IMG/VR virus record: IMGVR_UViG_3300002835_000037
DNA from: an uncultured virus (IMG/VR IMGVR_UViG_3300002835_000037)
Taxonomy: Duplodnaviria > Heunggongvirae > Uroviricota > Caudoviricetes
DNA length: 64,000 nt
Reading direction: 5' to 3' (one strand)
The notes under the pieces were generated by a model that saw only the letters and a list, made by a program, of their open reading frames with translations, ran no database searches and had not been told where the DNA came from. How positions within the stretch are numbered: the first letter of the stretch is position 1; each line of letters begins with the position of its first letter. This document shows positions 50,929-59,909 of the stretch, piece after piece. Made by a program: the position numbers and the translations under genes.

Positions 50929-50958
50929 TTGTCACAGAAACCAACAAACCTGTAACAA
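50929..50958 (-). ncRNA. Candidate 3'-UTR hairpin / small RNA with loop GUUUGUUGGUUU
   Basis: Stem UUGUUACAG/CUGUGACAA (9 bp including a U-G pair available only on the minus strand) with a 12-nt loop, directly before the terminator. Confidence 0.4.
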
Positions 50959-50960
50959 TA

Positions 50961-52109
50961 TTATCCTATGACAGTGATACTAAAGTTATTTAAAGCTACT
51001 AAAGATGTGTTAGTCACAGTAATTTGATTAGCACTATTAATTACATATGTATAATCAGCGGGTGAAGTATACACTACAAAAGGTGCTGGTAAAGCTTCAT
51101 TAATTGCTGAAACCACAATCCCAAAAGTATTTAAATTATGAGTTATTACAGCAGTACCCCCTGGAGCCAAAGGTACTATTAAAACTTCTCTGTATTTTTG
51201 AACATCTGCTGAAATAGTAACATCTGTAGCTGTTGAAGTCAATGTAATACCTGAACCTGCGGCCAAACCTTTATTTGCTAAAGTAGGTCCTGCTCCATCA
51301 TTAACTAAGGATTCTGTTCCCAAACCTCCTGCGGAAGTTAAAGATACAGCTGAAGCAGGTGATGAGTTAGTGATTCTAATAGCATCTGTACCAGGAACAG
51401 TACTAGCATTAAGAGTAATTCCAGTACCAGCTACAAAATTTAAAGTATCTCCAGGAGCTTCAGCAATCTGAATATTTGTAGGATCATTATCCGGACCCCA
51501 CACAAAACCTGAATCAGGATTAATCTGAGCTCTATCAAAATCATTTGGTTGAATTACACTTCCCGGTACTACTGATGCTCCAGTAACGTGTCCAAAAGTA
51601 TCAAATGTAAAGAATATATCTTGTATAAATGAATTACCACTGTTATCACTATTTAAATTTGCTACAGATGATGTATCTTGATGAGATACAGTAACAGCAC
51701 TTGTGATAGGATTAACAGCTACATTAATACCAGGACCAGCAAAAAATGATGATGCAATAGTTTGTGCAATAATAATATCAAAGTAAGCTTGTAAAGCCGG
51801 AATATCAACTGATACTGTATATGTTGTTACATTACCTACGGTTGCTGGTACAACGTCAACATAAGTAGAACCTACAACCGTGGTTACAGGACCTACTGTA
51901 TTACAGATATAGTTTACTAATTTAGTAATAACAGTGTCCATATAATCATATCGACTGATTACAACATCCCCATTACATGTAATATCAGTACCTGTATAAA
52001 CAATACAAGAAGCATTAAACACTTCGGGACATGAAGGAGGACAAGGTGGTGTAACAACGTATGTATCAGTACATCCGCAATTTTTAGTACAATTGTGAGA
52101 AGTTGCCAT
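50961..52109 (-). CDS. Putative tail/head fibre-like structural protein (382 aa)
   Basis: Cys-rich N-terminus similar to the 463-aa neighbour; repeated AGxGI(T/N) beta segments; ITHNLNT C-terminal motif. Confidence 0.55.
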   Translation of the reverse strand: MATSHNCTKNCGCTDTYVVTPPCPPSCPEVFNASCIVYTGTDITCNGDVVISRYDYMDTVITKLVNYICNTVGPVTTVVGSTYVDVVPATVGNVTTYTVSVDIPALQAYFDIIIAQTIASSFFAGPGINVAVNPITSAVTVSHQDTSSVANLNSDNSGNSFIQDIFFTFDTFGHVTGASVVPGSVIQPNDFDRAQINPDSGFVWGPDNDPTNIQIAEAPGDTLNFVAGTGITLNASTVPGTDAIRITNSSPASAVSLTSAGGLGTESLVNDGAGPTLANKGLAAGSGITLTSTATDVTISADVQKYREVLIVPLAPGGTAVITHNLNTFGIVVSAINEALPAPFVVYTSPADYTYVINSANQITVTNTSLVALNNFSITVIG

Positions 52110-52160
52110 TTTTATTTTATTTAATTAAACATATATATAATTCGGTTCATCATTCTAATT

Positions 52161-53552
52161 TTATTTTACTCTTTGTATACTAAATCTTACATAGTCATCT
52201 GTTTCAGAAAGATAGTCAAAGGTTGTAAGATTAATTACTTTTAAACATATTTGAGTACCTGCAGTAAATTTTTGAATAAGTGATCCATTGATTGAAGCAT
52301 GTTTTTGTGTAACTACTGGAGTATCATTATTTACACAGTAAATACGACATCCTATTGGAGAAGTAATACCTGCTATAAACATTCCTGGTACTAAAGCATC
52401 GTGCCAACCATCAGCAGAATCTTTTGTATACAGTGTTGCAAAAGATATTATATAAACACCATCTGTAGGAAATGTAAATATCCCTGTTGTTGAATCATAA
52501 GCTAAACCAAAATCATTATAATTTATGGTATTCATTATTTGAATAGAACCATCACATATTCTACCTGTATTTAATCCAGGAGCTGTTTTTAACAGATTTG
52601 CTGGTGCTGATAATTCAACAGATAACCCGGGTTTTTCAATCTCACTTACAGTATAAGTTTCAACTAACCCAACTGTAGATAAACTAACATCTATCCAAGT
52701 ACTTCCAGCAACAATGACTGAAGAGTTTTCAACTGCGGTTCTTACATCACACAAAGCTACCCACAAATTAGTTATGGCATCTGCTACTGTATTATAAGAA
52801 GCTGATTGAACCCAATTAGGATTTGTTGAAAATGGTGTTCCCGTAGCTAATTGTAAATCAATGTCAGTTATACAGATTTCACTTATAGCACTTATTAAAC
52901 TTGTAGTAGTACCTGTAACAGCTTGAAATGGACACCACACATTATTGATAAATTCTTGTAATGCTACATTTATGAACTGTTGACTTCCTTGAGGTAGTAT
53001 TCCTATTTGGCATCCTAAAGTAAAGGATGGGATCACCGGTTCAGGAATTGGAGTATTTTCTAGAGTTTCAACTCTTATGGTTAACTGATCAATTTGTTGA
53101 TTAATAATAGTAATACTAGAAATAAGAGCGCAAACTTTATCAGCAATCATTTGAACATAGTCTAATAATTGCATAGTAGTTTGATTACCTGTTCTGAAAC
53201 AAGAGGCAACAGTTACAACACAATCTGGACAATTTCCGGATGTTCTAGTAGTAGATGTTCTAGTATCTGATTCAATAGCATTATGATCTTCACAAACTTT
53301 ATCAATAAGCAATTGAATTAAAGCTTGAAAATCATTTGGTCCACAGGCAGTTATTCCCAAACAAGCTAAGTCGTAGTTAGAAACATTTAACTGATCTAAA
53401 ATTGTACAAAGTTCCGTAGCCATAGCAGCCACTACATCGGAAATAGTATCTCCTTTACAGAGATTGATGCATTCAATGTCAGGACCTTGCCAAACTATAC
53501 AGTTTGAGGACACCGGACTACATGGTCTATTATCTAAATTTAATGGCTTCAT
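52161..53552 (-). CDS. Putative fibre protein with C-terminal C1q/TNF-like domain (463 aa)
   Basis: YDSTTGIFTFPTDGVYIISF is a C1q-like signature; short coiled coil; Cys-rich N-terminus. Confidence 0.6.
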   Translation of the reverse strand: MKPLNLDNRPCSPVSSNCIVWQGPDIECINLCKGDTISDVVAAMATELCTILDQLNVSNYDLACLGITACGPNDFQALIQLLIDKVCEDHNAIESDTRTSTTRTSGNCPDCVVTVASCFRTGNQTTMQLLDYVQMIADKVCALISSITIINQQIDQLTIRVETLENTPIPEPVIPSFTLGCQIGILPQGSQQFINVALQEFINNVWCPFQAVTGTTTSLISAISEICITDIDLQLATGTPFSTNPNWVQSASYNTVADAITNLWVALCDVRTAVENSSVIVAGSTWIDVSLSTVGLVETYTVSEIEKPGLSVELSAPANLLKTAPGLNTGRICDGSIQIMNTINYNDFGLAYDSTTGIFTFPTDGVYIISFATLYTKDSADGWHDALVPGMFIAGITSPIGCRIYCVNNDTPVVTQKHASINGSLIQKFTAGTQICLKVINLTTFDYLSETDDYVRFSIQRVK

Positions 53553-53568
53553 ATTCTTTATCTATTTA

Positions 53569-53580
53569 TAATATACAAAT
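53569..53580 (-). promoter_or_regulatory. Candidate phage promoter motif ATTTGTATATTA
   Basis: Variant of the GTATATTA motif, 16 nt upstream of the ATG at 53552. Confidence 0.45.
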
Positions 53581-55427
53581 TAATTTCCACATTTGCAAGT
53601 TAAGCATGATTTTCCGGAATTACAAGAGCAGGGACATGATGGGCATTTGTAATTAGGATCCTTCAAAGATTGTAAGTCAATTAGTTCTTTTTTCATTAAC
53701 CACTTCTCATCTTCATCAGGACAACAATTGCTAATACCATATCTTTTTTCAAGAACCTGTTTATATACAACATCTGCAAAGCGACATGTTATCTTATCAT
53801 ATTCGTCAGGATTGCAGTTAGGTGTATTATATCCAGGTTTTACAGTTCTATTATTTTTGAATACTGGAGGCGGGCAATTACCAAATTTACATTCTCCAAA
53901 TGTTTCAAAATAATCATATACTGTAAATTCTATAGGGTTTTCTATATCTCCTAAAAACCATTCTGTTGCACAAACTTTATCACTACTTTGTCCGGGAACT
54001 AATGATATTTCATGAAGAATGTTATCACAATCAAAATATGAATAAACTGTAACTACTGCATTTAAATTAGTAACTTTTGTACAATTACATGTAAGAACTT
54101 TACAATCACTGCAGCTTATATAATCGGTAGTTACAGTTACTTCAATTGCATTAAGATAGTCTTCTGTATTTTCTACTGACCAACATTCTGTACAACCTTC
54201 AACTTTAATAACTCCACCTACATATTGAGCAAGATCTGAATAAGTAATAACAATATTTTCAGCATTCTCACAATCAGTTAGTTTATAATAAGTTCTTAAA
54301 CAAGTTACACAATTAGGATAACTATTATCAATTTCAATTACTTGCGGACTTACAGGATTATAATTTACTTTTTCAACTAAATAACAATCACAATCATTTT
54401 TTACTACTTGACCTATATAAACTTCTAAATCTGAATAAGTATGTATGGTGCTCCCATCTGTACAAGATGTTAATTTATAAGCTACTACACCAATACATTC
54501 CTCACAATCTTTAAAACTTGCAGTTACTGTAACATCAATTGGACAATCACATTCTTCTTCATCATCAAGTTCAGAAGCTATCCAACAACCTTCTCTACCG
54601 AGTATATTAACAACATTATTAGTTCCATATACATTAGGAATTACACTGTTTGAAGTTGTATAAATTACCAAATCTGAATTTTTACAGTTTGTTAATTTAA
54701 AGCATTGTACAAGACAAAGACCTTCAACACAGGAACCGAGATCAATAATCTGCGGTGATATTGATCCATCTTCTGCTATAGGTGGTATTTTTGAACAAAC
54801 TTTTAAATAAGGTTGAGCATTTGCTAAAGAAACATTTTGCAAAACGTTATCACTGTCTACATAAAAGAACCCATTTGTATTTGCTACATAATAACAAATT
54901 AAGTCACATTCACATGGTGTATCAATTGGTTCTATTGCAATAGCTTCTGAGCAATCAGTGTACCTCAGTGCTGTTATATAAGCACATCCTGCATAAACTT
55001 CGCTATCCACTGTAATAAATGAATTAAGATAAGTTTCAAATGCGGAATTATTACTTATGATTGGTTCAGTTCCATCACAAGGTATTATCATATAACATTG
55101 TGGTATTTCAACATCACAAGAACATTTAGCATCTTCACAACCATCAGGTATTAGACTAAATAAAGATGCTACAGGATCAATGGCTGGATATGGAGGTATG
55201 CCGTCCACATATCCAGAATAAAAAATATAACATATTCCAAATTCACCAGTAGTTGGCTCTAATGATCCTCCTGCCCCCGGAAATGGTGTAGTACCTATAT
55301 AAGTTACAACATCACCATTTACAAAAGGCAAAGATCCTCTGAAAAATATTTCTTGGCCAGTACAACAGTTAACAAATTTTATAAGATTTGCTATAGGAGT
55401 TGGATCTGGGATCAAAGTTGCTGCCAT
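53580..55427 (-). CDS. Cys-rich repeat structural protein (615 aa)
   Basis: Repeats of about 60 aa beginning CFKLTNC / YKLTSC / YYKLTDC and ending CxxC; Cys-rich tail. Confidence 0.7.
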   Translation of the reverse strand: MAATLIPDPTPIANLIKFVNCCTGQEIFFRGSLPFVNGDVVTYIGTTPFPGAGGSLEPTTGEFGICYIFYSGYVDGIPPYPAIDPVASLFSLIPDGCEDAKCSCDVEIPQCYMIIPCDGTEPIISNNSAFETYLNSFITVDSEVYAGCAYITALRYTDCSEAIAIEPIDTPCECDLICYYVANTNGFFYVDSDNVLQNVSLANAQPYLKVCSKIPPIAEDGSISPQIIDLGSCVEGLCLVQCFKLTNCKNSDLVIYTTSNSVIPNVYGTNNVVNILGREGCWIASELDDEEECDCPIDVTVTASFKDCEECIGVVAYKLTSCTDGSTIHTYSDLEVYIGQVVKNDCDCYLVEKVNYNPVSPQVIEIDNSYPNCVTCLRTYYKLTDCENAENIVITYSDLAQYVGGVIKVEGCTECWSVENTEDYLNAIEVTVTTDYISCSDCKVLTCNCTKVTNLNAVVTVYSYFDCDNILHEISLVPGQSSDKVCATEWFLGDIENPIEFTVYDYFETFGECKFGNCPPPVFKNNRTVKPGYNTPNCNPDEYDKITCRFADVVYKQVLEKRYGISNCCPDEDEKWLMKKELIDLQSLKDPNYKCPSCPCSCNSGKSCLTCKCGN

Positions 55428-55468
55428 TTTTAATAAACTTTTTAGAATTTGTATAAATACTTAATTAC

Positions 55469-55609
55469 TTAGCTTTTTATTTCAGAATCCGTTTTTAAAG
55501 TATTTTCATAATTTTTTAAACAATTGCTACAAACAACTTTTCCATTAGATGCTGTTCTTCTTTGGCACCCACAGGATAATTTTTTTAAGCAATTAGGACA
55601 TGTACTCAT
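55469..55609 (-). CDS. Small Cys-rich (zinc-finger-like) protein, 46 aa (MSTCPNCLKKLSCGCQRRTASNGKVVCSNCLKNYENTLKTDSEIKS); not in the ORF track
   Basis: Hand-translated; CxxC..CxC..CxxC; fills the intergenic gap; A-rich leader. Confidence 0.7.
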   Translation of the reverse strand: MSTCPNCLKKLSCGCQRRTASNGKVVCSNCLKNYENTLKTDSEIKS

Positions 55610-55630
55610 AGTTGTTGGTTTTTTATAAGT

Positions 55631-56173
55631 TTAACAATTTTTACAATCTATTTTATTTAAGAGCTTCACTGCATAGTTAAAAAGTGTCATTCCTTCTTGA
55701 CTTTTATGACATATTTCAACTTTAGCTTTAGCTGCTTCTAAATACATTTTTATAAGTCTTAACTCCCGAAGCCTCTCCTTTACTTTAGCTGGGGGATCAC
55801 AATCAGCAACATCAATATCACACAATATTTTTTCATACTGATTTAATGCACAAGTCATTCTTAAGTGATTATACTCAACATAAACTTTACACTCAGGATC
55901 TACTGAATATTTTACTACATAGATACCATCAGGTAAAGCAACATATGATGTACCACAATTTTCATGTTGTAATTCAAAATCACATGCTGTATATGTAGGA
56001 GTTGATCCTGGCTCAAAAGATAGTTCAACACAAGATTTAAAACCAGGAACTGTTACATTAATTCTTGGTTGAAATATACCAACAAGTGGTGAATAAACAC
56101 TTGTATCAAAAATCTTAAAAACACAAGAGTTTGTTACTGTAGGTATCTCTAAACTTAATACATGATTTGCCAT
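55631..56173 (-). CDS. Structural protein, possibly tail hub (180 aa)
   Basis: LPDGIYVVKYSV beta domain followed by a helical C-terminus; follows the auxiliary capsid gene. Confidence 0.5.
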   Translation of the reverse strand: MANHVLSLEIPTVTNSCVFKIFDTSVYSPLVGIFQPRINVTVPGFKSCVELSFEPGSTPTYTACDFELQHENCGTSYVALPDGIYVVKYSVDPECKVYVEYNHLRMTCALNQYEKILCDIDVADCDPPAKVKERLRELRLIKMYLEAAKAKVEICHKSQEGMTLFNYAVKLLNKIDCKNC

Positions 56174-56180
56174 AATTTTT

Positions 56181-56220
56181 AAAATAAAAAGGAGAGGAAA
56201 GGTTACCTTTCACTCTCCTT
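56181..56220 (-). terminator. Intrinsic terminator after the 442-aa gene
   Basis: AAGGAGAGtGAAAGG-taa-CCTTTCCTCTCCTT followed by TTTATTTT. Confidence 0.8.
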
Positions 56221-56245
56221 AAGTTACTATTAATGCATCAAAAGA

Positions 56246-57574
56246 TTAACCTTCACCGACACTGTCACCAGGAATCGGAACCACATAATCTGTACATGGT
56301 ACTCCTTCTCGAATAACAGGTTGACAACCTGAACCACATGTCTCTAACCATGTTTCAAGTTGAGTAAAAATGTTATCAGGATCTCCTTGAGGAACGATAA
56401 TTTCTAACATATATTGATCATTATCAAAGGTTCCTGTTGGATTGTACATTCTAGGTACATTATGCTGTAAATAGATTCTGTCATAAAGACCATCTCTAGA
56501 TATACCAGCTGCATTAAGAATATCATATCCTTGAGTAATTTCTCTGATACGTTCATCAGTAGCAAAATGATTTTGTCTGTAAGATTCAGAAAGAATCACA
56601 TCTCTTACTACAGTTTCACCAAGACCATTTACTTGACGACCATAACATTCTACTCCAACACAAAGAGTTTCAAATTCACATGGAGCTCCTGTATAATCTA
56701 CTTCAGAAGCATACACTCTTACAGGTTCAATTTCATAGAAGTCAGAAACTTGGAATGTACAGTTGCCAAATCTTGTTTCATAGTAAGCACCATTAAGTAC
56801 AAGACCTCCACATTCTCCTTCAAAAGGACCTGCTGGAGAAACATAGTTATCCCAAGTACCAACCCCGCCTAAAGCAAGTACTACTGCAGCAGGTGTTCCT
56901 GGAGGATACCAAGCAGCCAAAGCGCTATCAATAACTACAGGATAAACAAAAGGGTTTATCAAAGGTGAATTCAAAATTTGATTAGCCCACTGAATATAAA
57001 CTAATACTGGATCAGTTGCTATAGGTGCAATTGCATCATCTGGACAACATCCGGTATAAGCTTCAAGAGTAAGATATGCATTGTGATTTAGCAATCTCAT
57101 TGCAGGAGAACCTTTGATATCTAAACGTAGATAGTATGTTTCACCACATAAAAATGACTTACAACAGTTACCTGCTGTTTCACCTGGGTTAGAGCTATTT
57201 GGAGGATTAACATCTGTCCAAGGAGTTAAACCAACATGTGTTACATAACGCTGAGCTGGATTAGCAGGAGCATAATATAACTTGTTTACATACTTAGCTT
57301 TGATTGTTTTAGATTTGTTAGACTCTAAATAACCACCAGCAAAAGGACCAATTTTGTCATTTTGCATTAATGATCCAGAAGCTAAAATCATTTCACAACA
57401 ATCAGTTAAAGGAGCTGTTGTATTTCTAACTCGAAAAGTGTTAGGGTTAATAAAAGTAATTTCACCTGCAGCCAATGTATTTGCAACTGAAGTACCTAAT
57501 TGAACATTGTTCAATGTTGAAATGCCATTTGTAGCTACAAAGACTTTTCTAAAAGCATGATTAAAATGAGACAT
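56246..57574 (-). CDS. Abundant structural protein, probably auxiliary capsid protein (442 aa)
   Basis: Position in the capsid module; own candidate promoter and terminator; CGETYYLRLDIKGS motif. Confidence 0.55.
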   Translation of the reverse strand: MSHFNHAFRKVFVATNGISTLNNVQLGTSVANTLAAGEITFINPNTFRVRNTTAPLTDCCEMILASGSLMQNDKIGPFAGGYLESNKSKTIKAKYVNKLYYAPANPAQRYVTHVGLTPWTDVNPPNSSNPGETAGNCCKSFLCGETYYLRLDIKGSPAMRLLNHNAYLTLEAYTGCCPDDAIAPIATDPVLVYIQWANQILNSPLINPFVYPVVIDSALAAWYPPGTPAAVVLALGGVGTWDNYVSPAGPFEGECGGLVLNGAYYETRFGNCTFQVSDFYEIEPVRVYASEVDYTGAPCEFETLCVGVECYGRQVNGLGETVVRDVILSESYRQNHFATDERIREITQGYDILNAAGISRDGLYDRIYLQHNVPRMYNPTGTFDNDQYMLEIIVPQGDPDNIFTQLETWLETCGSGCQPVIREGVPCTDYVVPIPGDSVGEG

Positions 57575-57635
57575 ATTTTTTTGTTTTAGTTAATAAATAT
57601 AATATAATATAGTGAAAGTTTTTTTGATATCCAAA

Positions 57636-58157
57636 TTATTTTAGAAAAAGTAATTTATATTTAGTAGAATTAATAGCATCTTTTACAAGATCTAAGTTAT
57701 TTACTATTTCTGAATAAGGCATCATACCTTGAAGTTTATTTATTATAGCATATAAATCTCTTAAGTAAGAAATTCCATCAGAAACATCTTCAAGAGTTCT
57801 GGGTGCTAAATCTTTACACGTAAGAATTTTTTCTGATACTCCTTGATAGCCTTCCATAAGAGTATCTACAAAGTCAGGAATTTGATCATAAAGCTCATTA
57901 AGTGCTTTATGTGCGGCATAAGATCCAGGACCTGTTACTTTAAGATGCAGTTTATGAAAACTATTTCTAGCATTCATTAGTTCTACAGCACATGCTGCTA
58001 CCATATTATCTAGAGAACTTCCCCCTACCCCAGTGTCTTTAACAGGTTCTGGTTTAACAGGTTCTGGTTTAGTAGGTTCTGGTGCAGGAGTTTGAGGTCT
58101 AGTAATTGTTTTAACTGGCTCAGGATTTCTTTTTAAAAGTCTTGACGGTGTTTGCAT
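57636..58157 (-). CDS. Ferritin/Dps-like four-helix protein with Pro-rich N-terminus (173 aa)
   Basis: HKLHLKVTGPGSYAAHKALNELYDQIPDFVDTLMEGYQG matches the Dps-like ferroxidase pattern. Confidence 0.75.
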   Translation of the reverse strand: MQTPSRLLKRNPEPVKTITRPQTPAPEPTKPEPVKPEPVKDTGVGGSSLDNMVAACAVELMNARNSFHKLHLKVTGPGSYAAHKALNELYDQIPDFVDTLMEGYQGVSEKILTCKDLAPRTLEDVSDGISYLRDLYAIINKLQGMMPYSEIVNNLDLVKDAINSTKYKLLFLK

Positions 58158-58160
58158 CTT

Positions 58161-58859
58161 TTAGTTATTTCTTTCTGCAGTTTCTGTACCTCTAGAGAAT
58201 TGGTTTATTGATTCAATATCTCCAGCTAAAATACTTACTGCTTCATCAATTATTAATTCTATAATATCATCTTTAAACTCAGATTCTATGTTAGTTGTAG
58301 AAGCTATATTAGTATAAGGATCTACACAACCTTCTATTTGAATTCTAACAGGTTGTCTGTAATAAGTAAGCTCTGCTTGTTCAATATCAAAGTCTTCATT
58401 TGTATAAATATTTACCTTACCACCTTTTAAAGTTGCTAAAGTTTCTCCCCATTCAAAGCTTGGTTGCTTAGCTTTATCTCTTAAAAGTTCTCGTAGATTA
58501 CCTTCTTCTGCAAGATATACCATCATCGTCCTATTACCACAACAATCTTTCTTTGCAGAGACATCCACTCTCTTCCATTGAAGATAATCTGCAGGAATAT
58601 CTCCATCATAATAATATTGTTTATTAGCAATGTTTAATTCTAAAGTTTCTAAGAGAACTTGTAAGTCATCTTTTCTTCTTGTTGAACCTTCATCTCCCTC
58701 TCGAGTAAGATTTACACCATGAAGTTGTCTTCTAGCCCATTCTACCTGAGCTTTATTAAAAGCCTCAACAATATTCCAGCAAGTTATATTATCATAATCT
58801 TGACTATCAAGCTTGTTAAGCCTTTGTTTAATCTTTATGGTTATAGTAGTATTAAGCAT
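58161..58859 (-). CDS. Head-tail ring/adaptor protein (232 aa)
   Basis: LNKLDSQDY..FNKAQ, KQPSFEWGET and LTYYRQP motifs; gene order. Confidence 0.6.
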   Translation of the reverse strand: MLNTTITIKIKQRLNKLDSQDYDNITCWNIVEAFNKAQVEWARRQLHGVNLTREGDEGSTRRKDDLQVLLETLELNIANKQYYYDGDIPADYLQWKRVDVSAKKDCCGNRTMMVYLAEEGNLRELLRDKAKQPSFEWGETLATLKGGKVNIYTNEDFDIEQAELTYYRQPVRIQIEGCVDPYTNIASTTNIESEFKDDIIELIIDEAVSILAGDIESINQFSRGTETAERNN

Positions 58860-59050
58860 TATCTTTTAATATTTTTCCACATTGCGGCTGCAGCAATTCT
58901 TTTTCCTTTTTCACCACCCCCTGCTTCTTTAGCTACTTCGTCAAAGTTTTTACCTTTTTTACCAATATCTTTACCTGCTCTGGCTTTCTTAGTAACGGAT
59001 GACTTTTGCTTTTTAGTCAGGCCGGCAGAAGGTTTTTTCTTAGTTGCCAT
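58859..59050 (-). CDS. Small basic protein (63 aa)
   Basis: Lys-rich ORF, TAATG-coupled to the next gene. Confidence 0.75.
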   Translation of the reverse strand: MATKKKPSAGLTKKQKSSVTKKARAGKDIGKKGKNFDEVAKEAGGGEKGKRIAAAAMWKNIKR

Positions 59051-59052
59051 AG

Positions 59053-59307
59053 TTATTTCTTCTTAGCTGTTTTTCTTTTAGTTGCTCCAGCAATTCTATC
59101 AGCAGCTGTAGGTTTTGGATTTTTATCAATTCCTGCTATTACTGAAAGCATACCAAAAGGATTGCTTTTTTTGGCACCACCTTTTTTCATAGTGATTGGG
59201 CTGGTAGTTGCATTGTAACCAGGCATTGTTTTGGTCATATTAGGTTGACCACCTTTTGACATTTTTTTCATAGAGCCTCCGCATTTAGCACACATTACTT
59301 TTTTCAT
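59053..59307 (-). CDS. Small basic protein with KxGG motifs (84 aa)
   Basis: AKCGG, MSKGG, MKKGG; tightly packed with neighbours. Confidence 0.75.
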   Translation of the reverse strand: MKKVMCAKCGGSMKKMSKGGQPNMTKTMPGYNATTSPITMKKGGAKKSNPFGMLSVIAGIDKNPKPTAADRIAGATKRKTAKKK

Positions 59308-59319
59308 AATAAATATATT

Positions 59320-59892
59320 TTAACAATTCCATTTTCTTAAATACTCTTTTGCTTCAGAAGACTCTTTATTATAATATAGTAAATAAATCCGTGCAAACTC
59401 TAATAAAAAAGGATCATCTTTAAAATGACCTAATCCCATATTACAATTATTGCAAAGCATTCCCCTTACTATATTTGTAGTATGACAGTGATCAACTACA
59501 AGGTTTTCTTCAGATCCACATATAATACAACCTTCAGTTTTGATTAATTCTTTTAATTCTTCATCACTAATCATTGATCTATATTGACCTCTTCTTATTT
59601 CACTTCTATAAGAAGCTCTACATGTTTTACACCAACTGTCAAAACCATCTAAGGTTCTTTTATGTGCTGTAAAATATTCATTTGTTCTTGGTTTTTCTAT
59701 GTTACATTTCTTACATGTTTTGTTTTCTGAAAAACCTTTTTCTAATTGTATTTTATTGTTATAATCTTTTGAACAAGTTATAGTACAAAAAACAGTATTA
59801 TTCTTTTTTAATGTTCTTTCAATATCTGATTTACCTCTTATAAAAGAATTATCACAATGTGTACAATTATATTCTATCTTCTTTGATGGCAT
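59320..59892 (-). CDS. Endonuclease VII-family HNH (putative homing) endonuclease, 190 aa
   Basis: CIICG..LVVDHCH..VRGMLCNNCNMGLGHFKDD; N-terminal CxxC zinc ribbons. Confidence 0.88.
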   Translation of the reverse strand: MPSKKIEYNCTHCDNSFIRGKSDIERTLKKNNTVFCTITCSKDYNNKIQLEKGFSENKTCKKCNIEKPRTNEYFTAHKRTLDGFDSWCKTCRASYRSEIRRGQYRSMISDEELKELIKTEGCIICGSEENLVVDHCHTTNIVRGMLCNNCNMGLGHFKDDPFLLEFARIYLLYYNKESSEAKEYLRKWNC

Positions 59893-59909
59893 ATCAACAA
59901 TTCCATTTT
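59322..59909. mobile_element. HNH endonuclease insertion bounded by a 14-bp direct repeat
   Basis: aacaattccatttt at 59322-59335 and 59896-59909. Confidence 0.6.
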
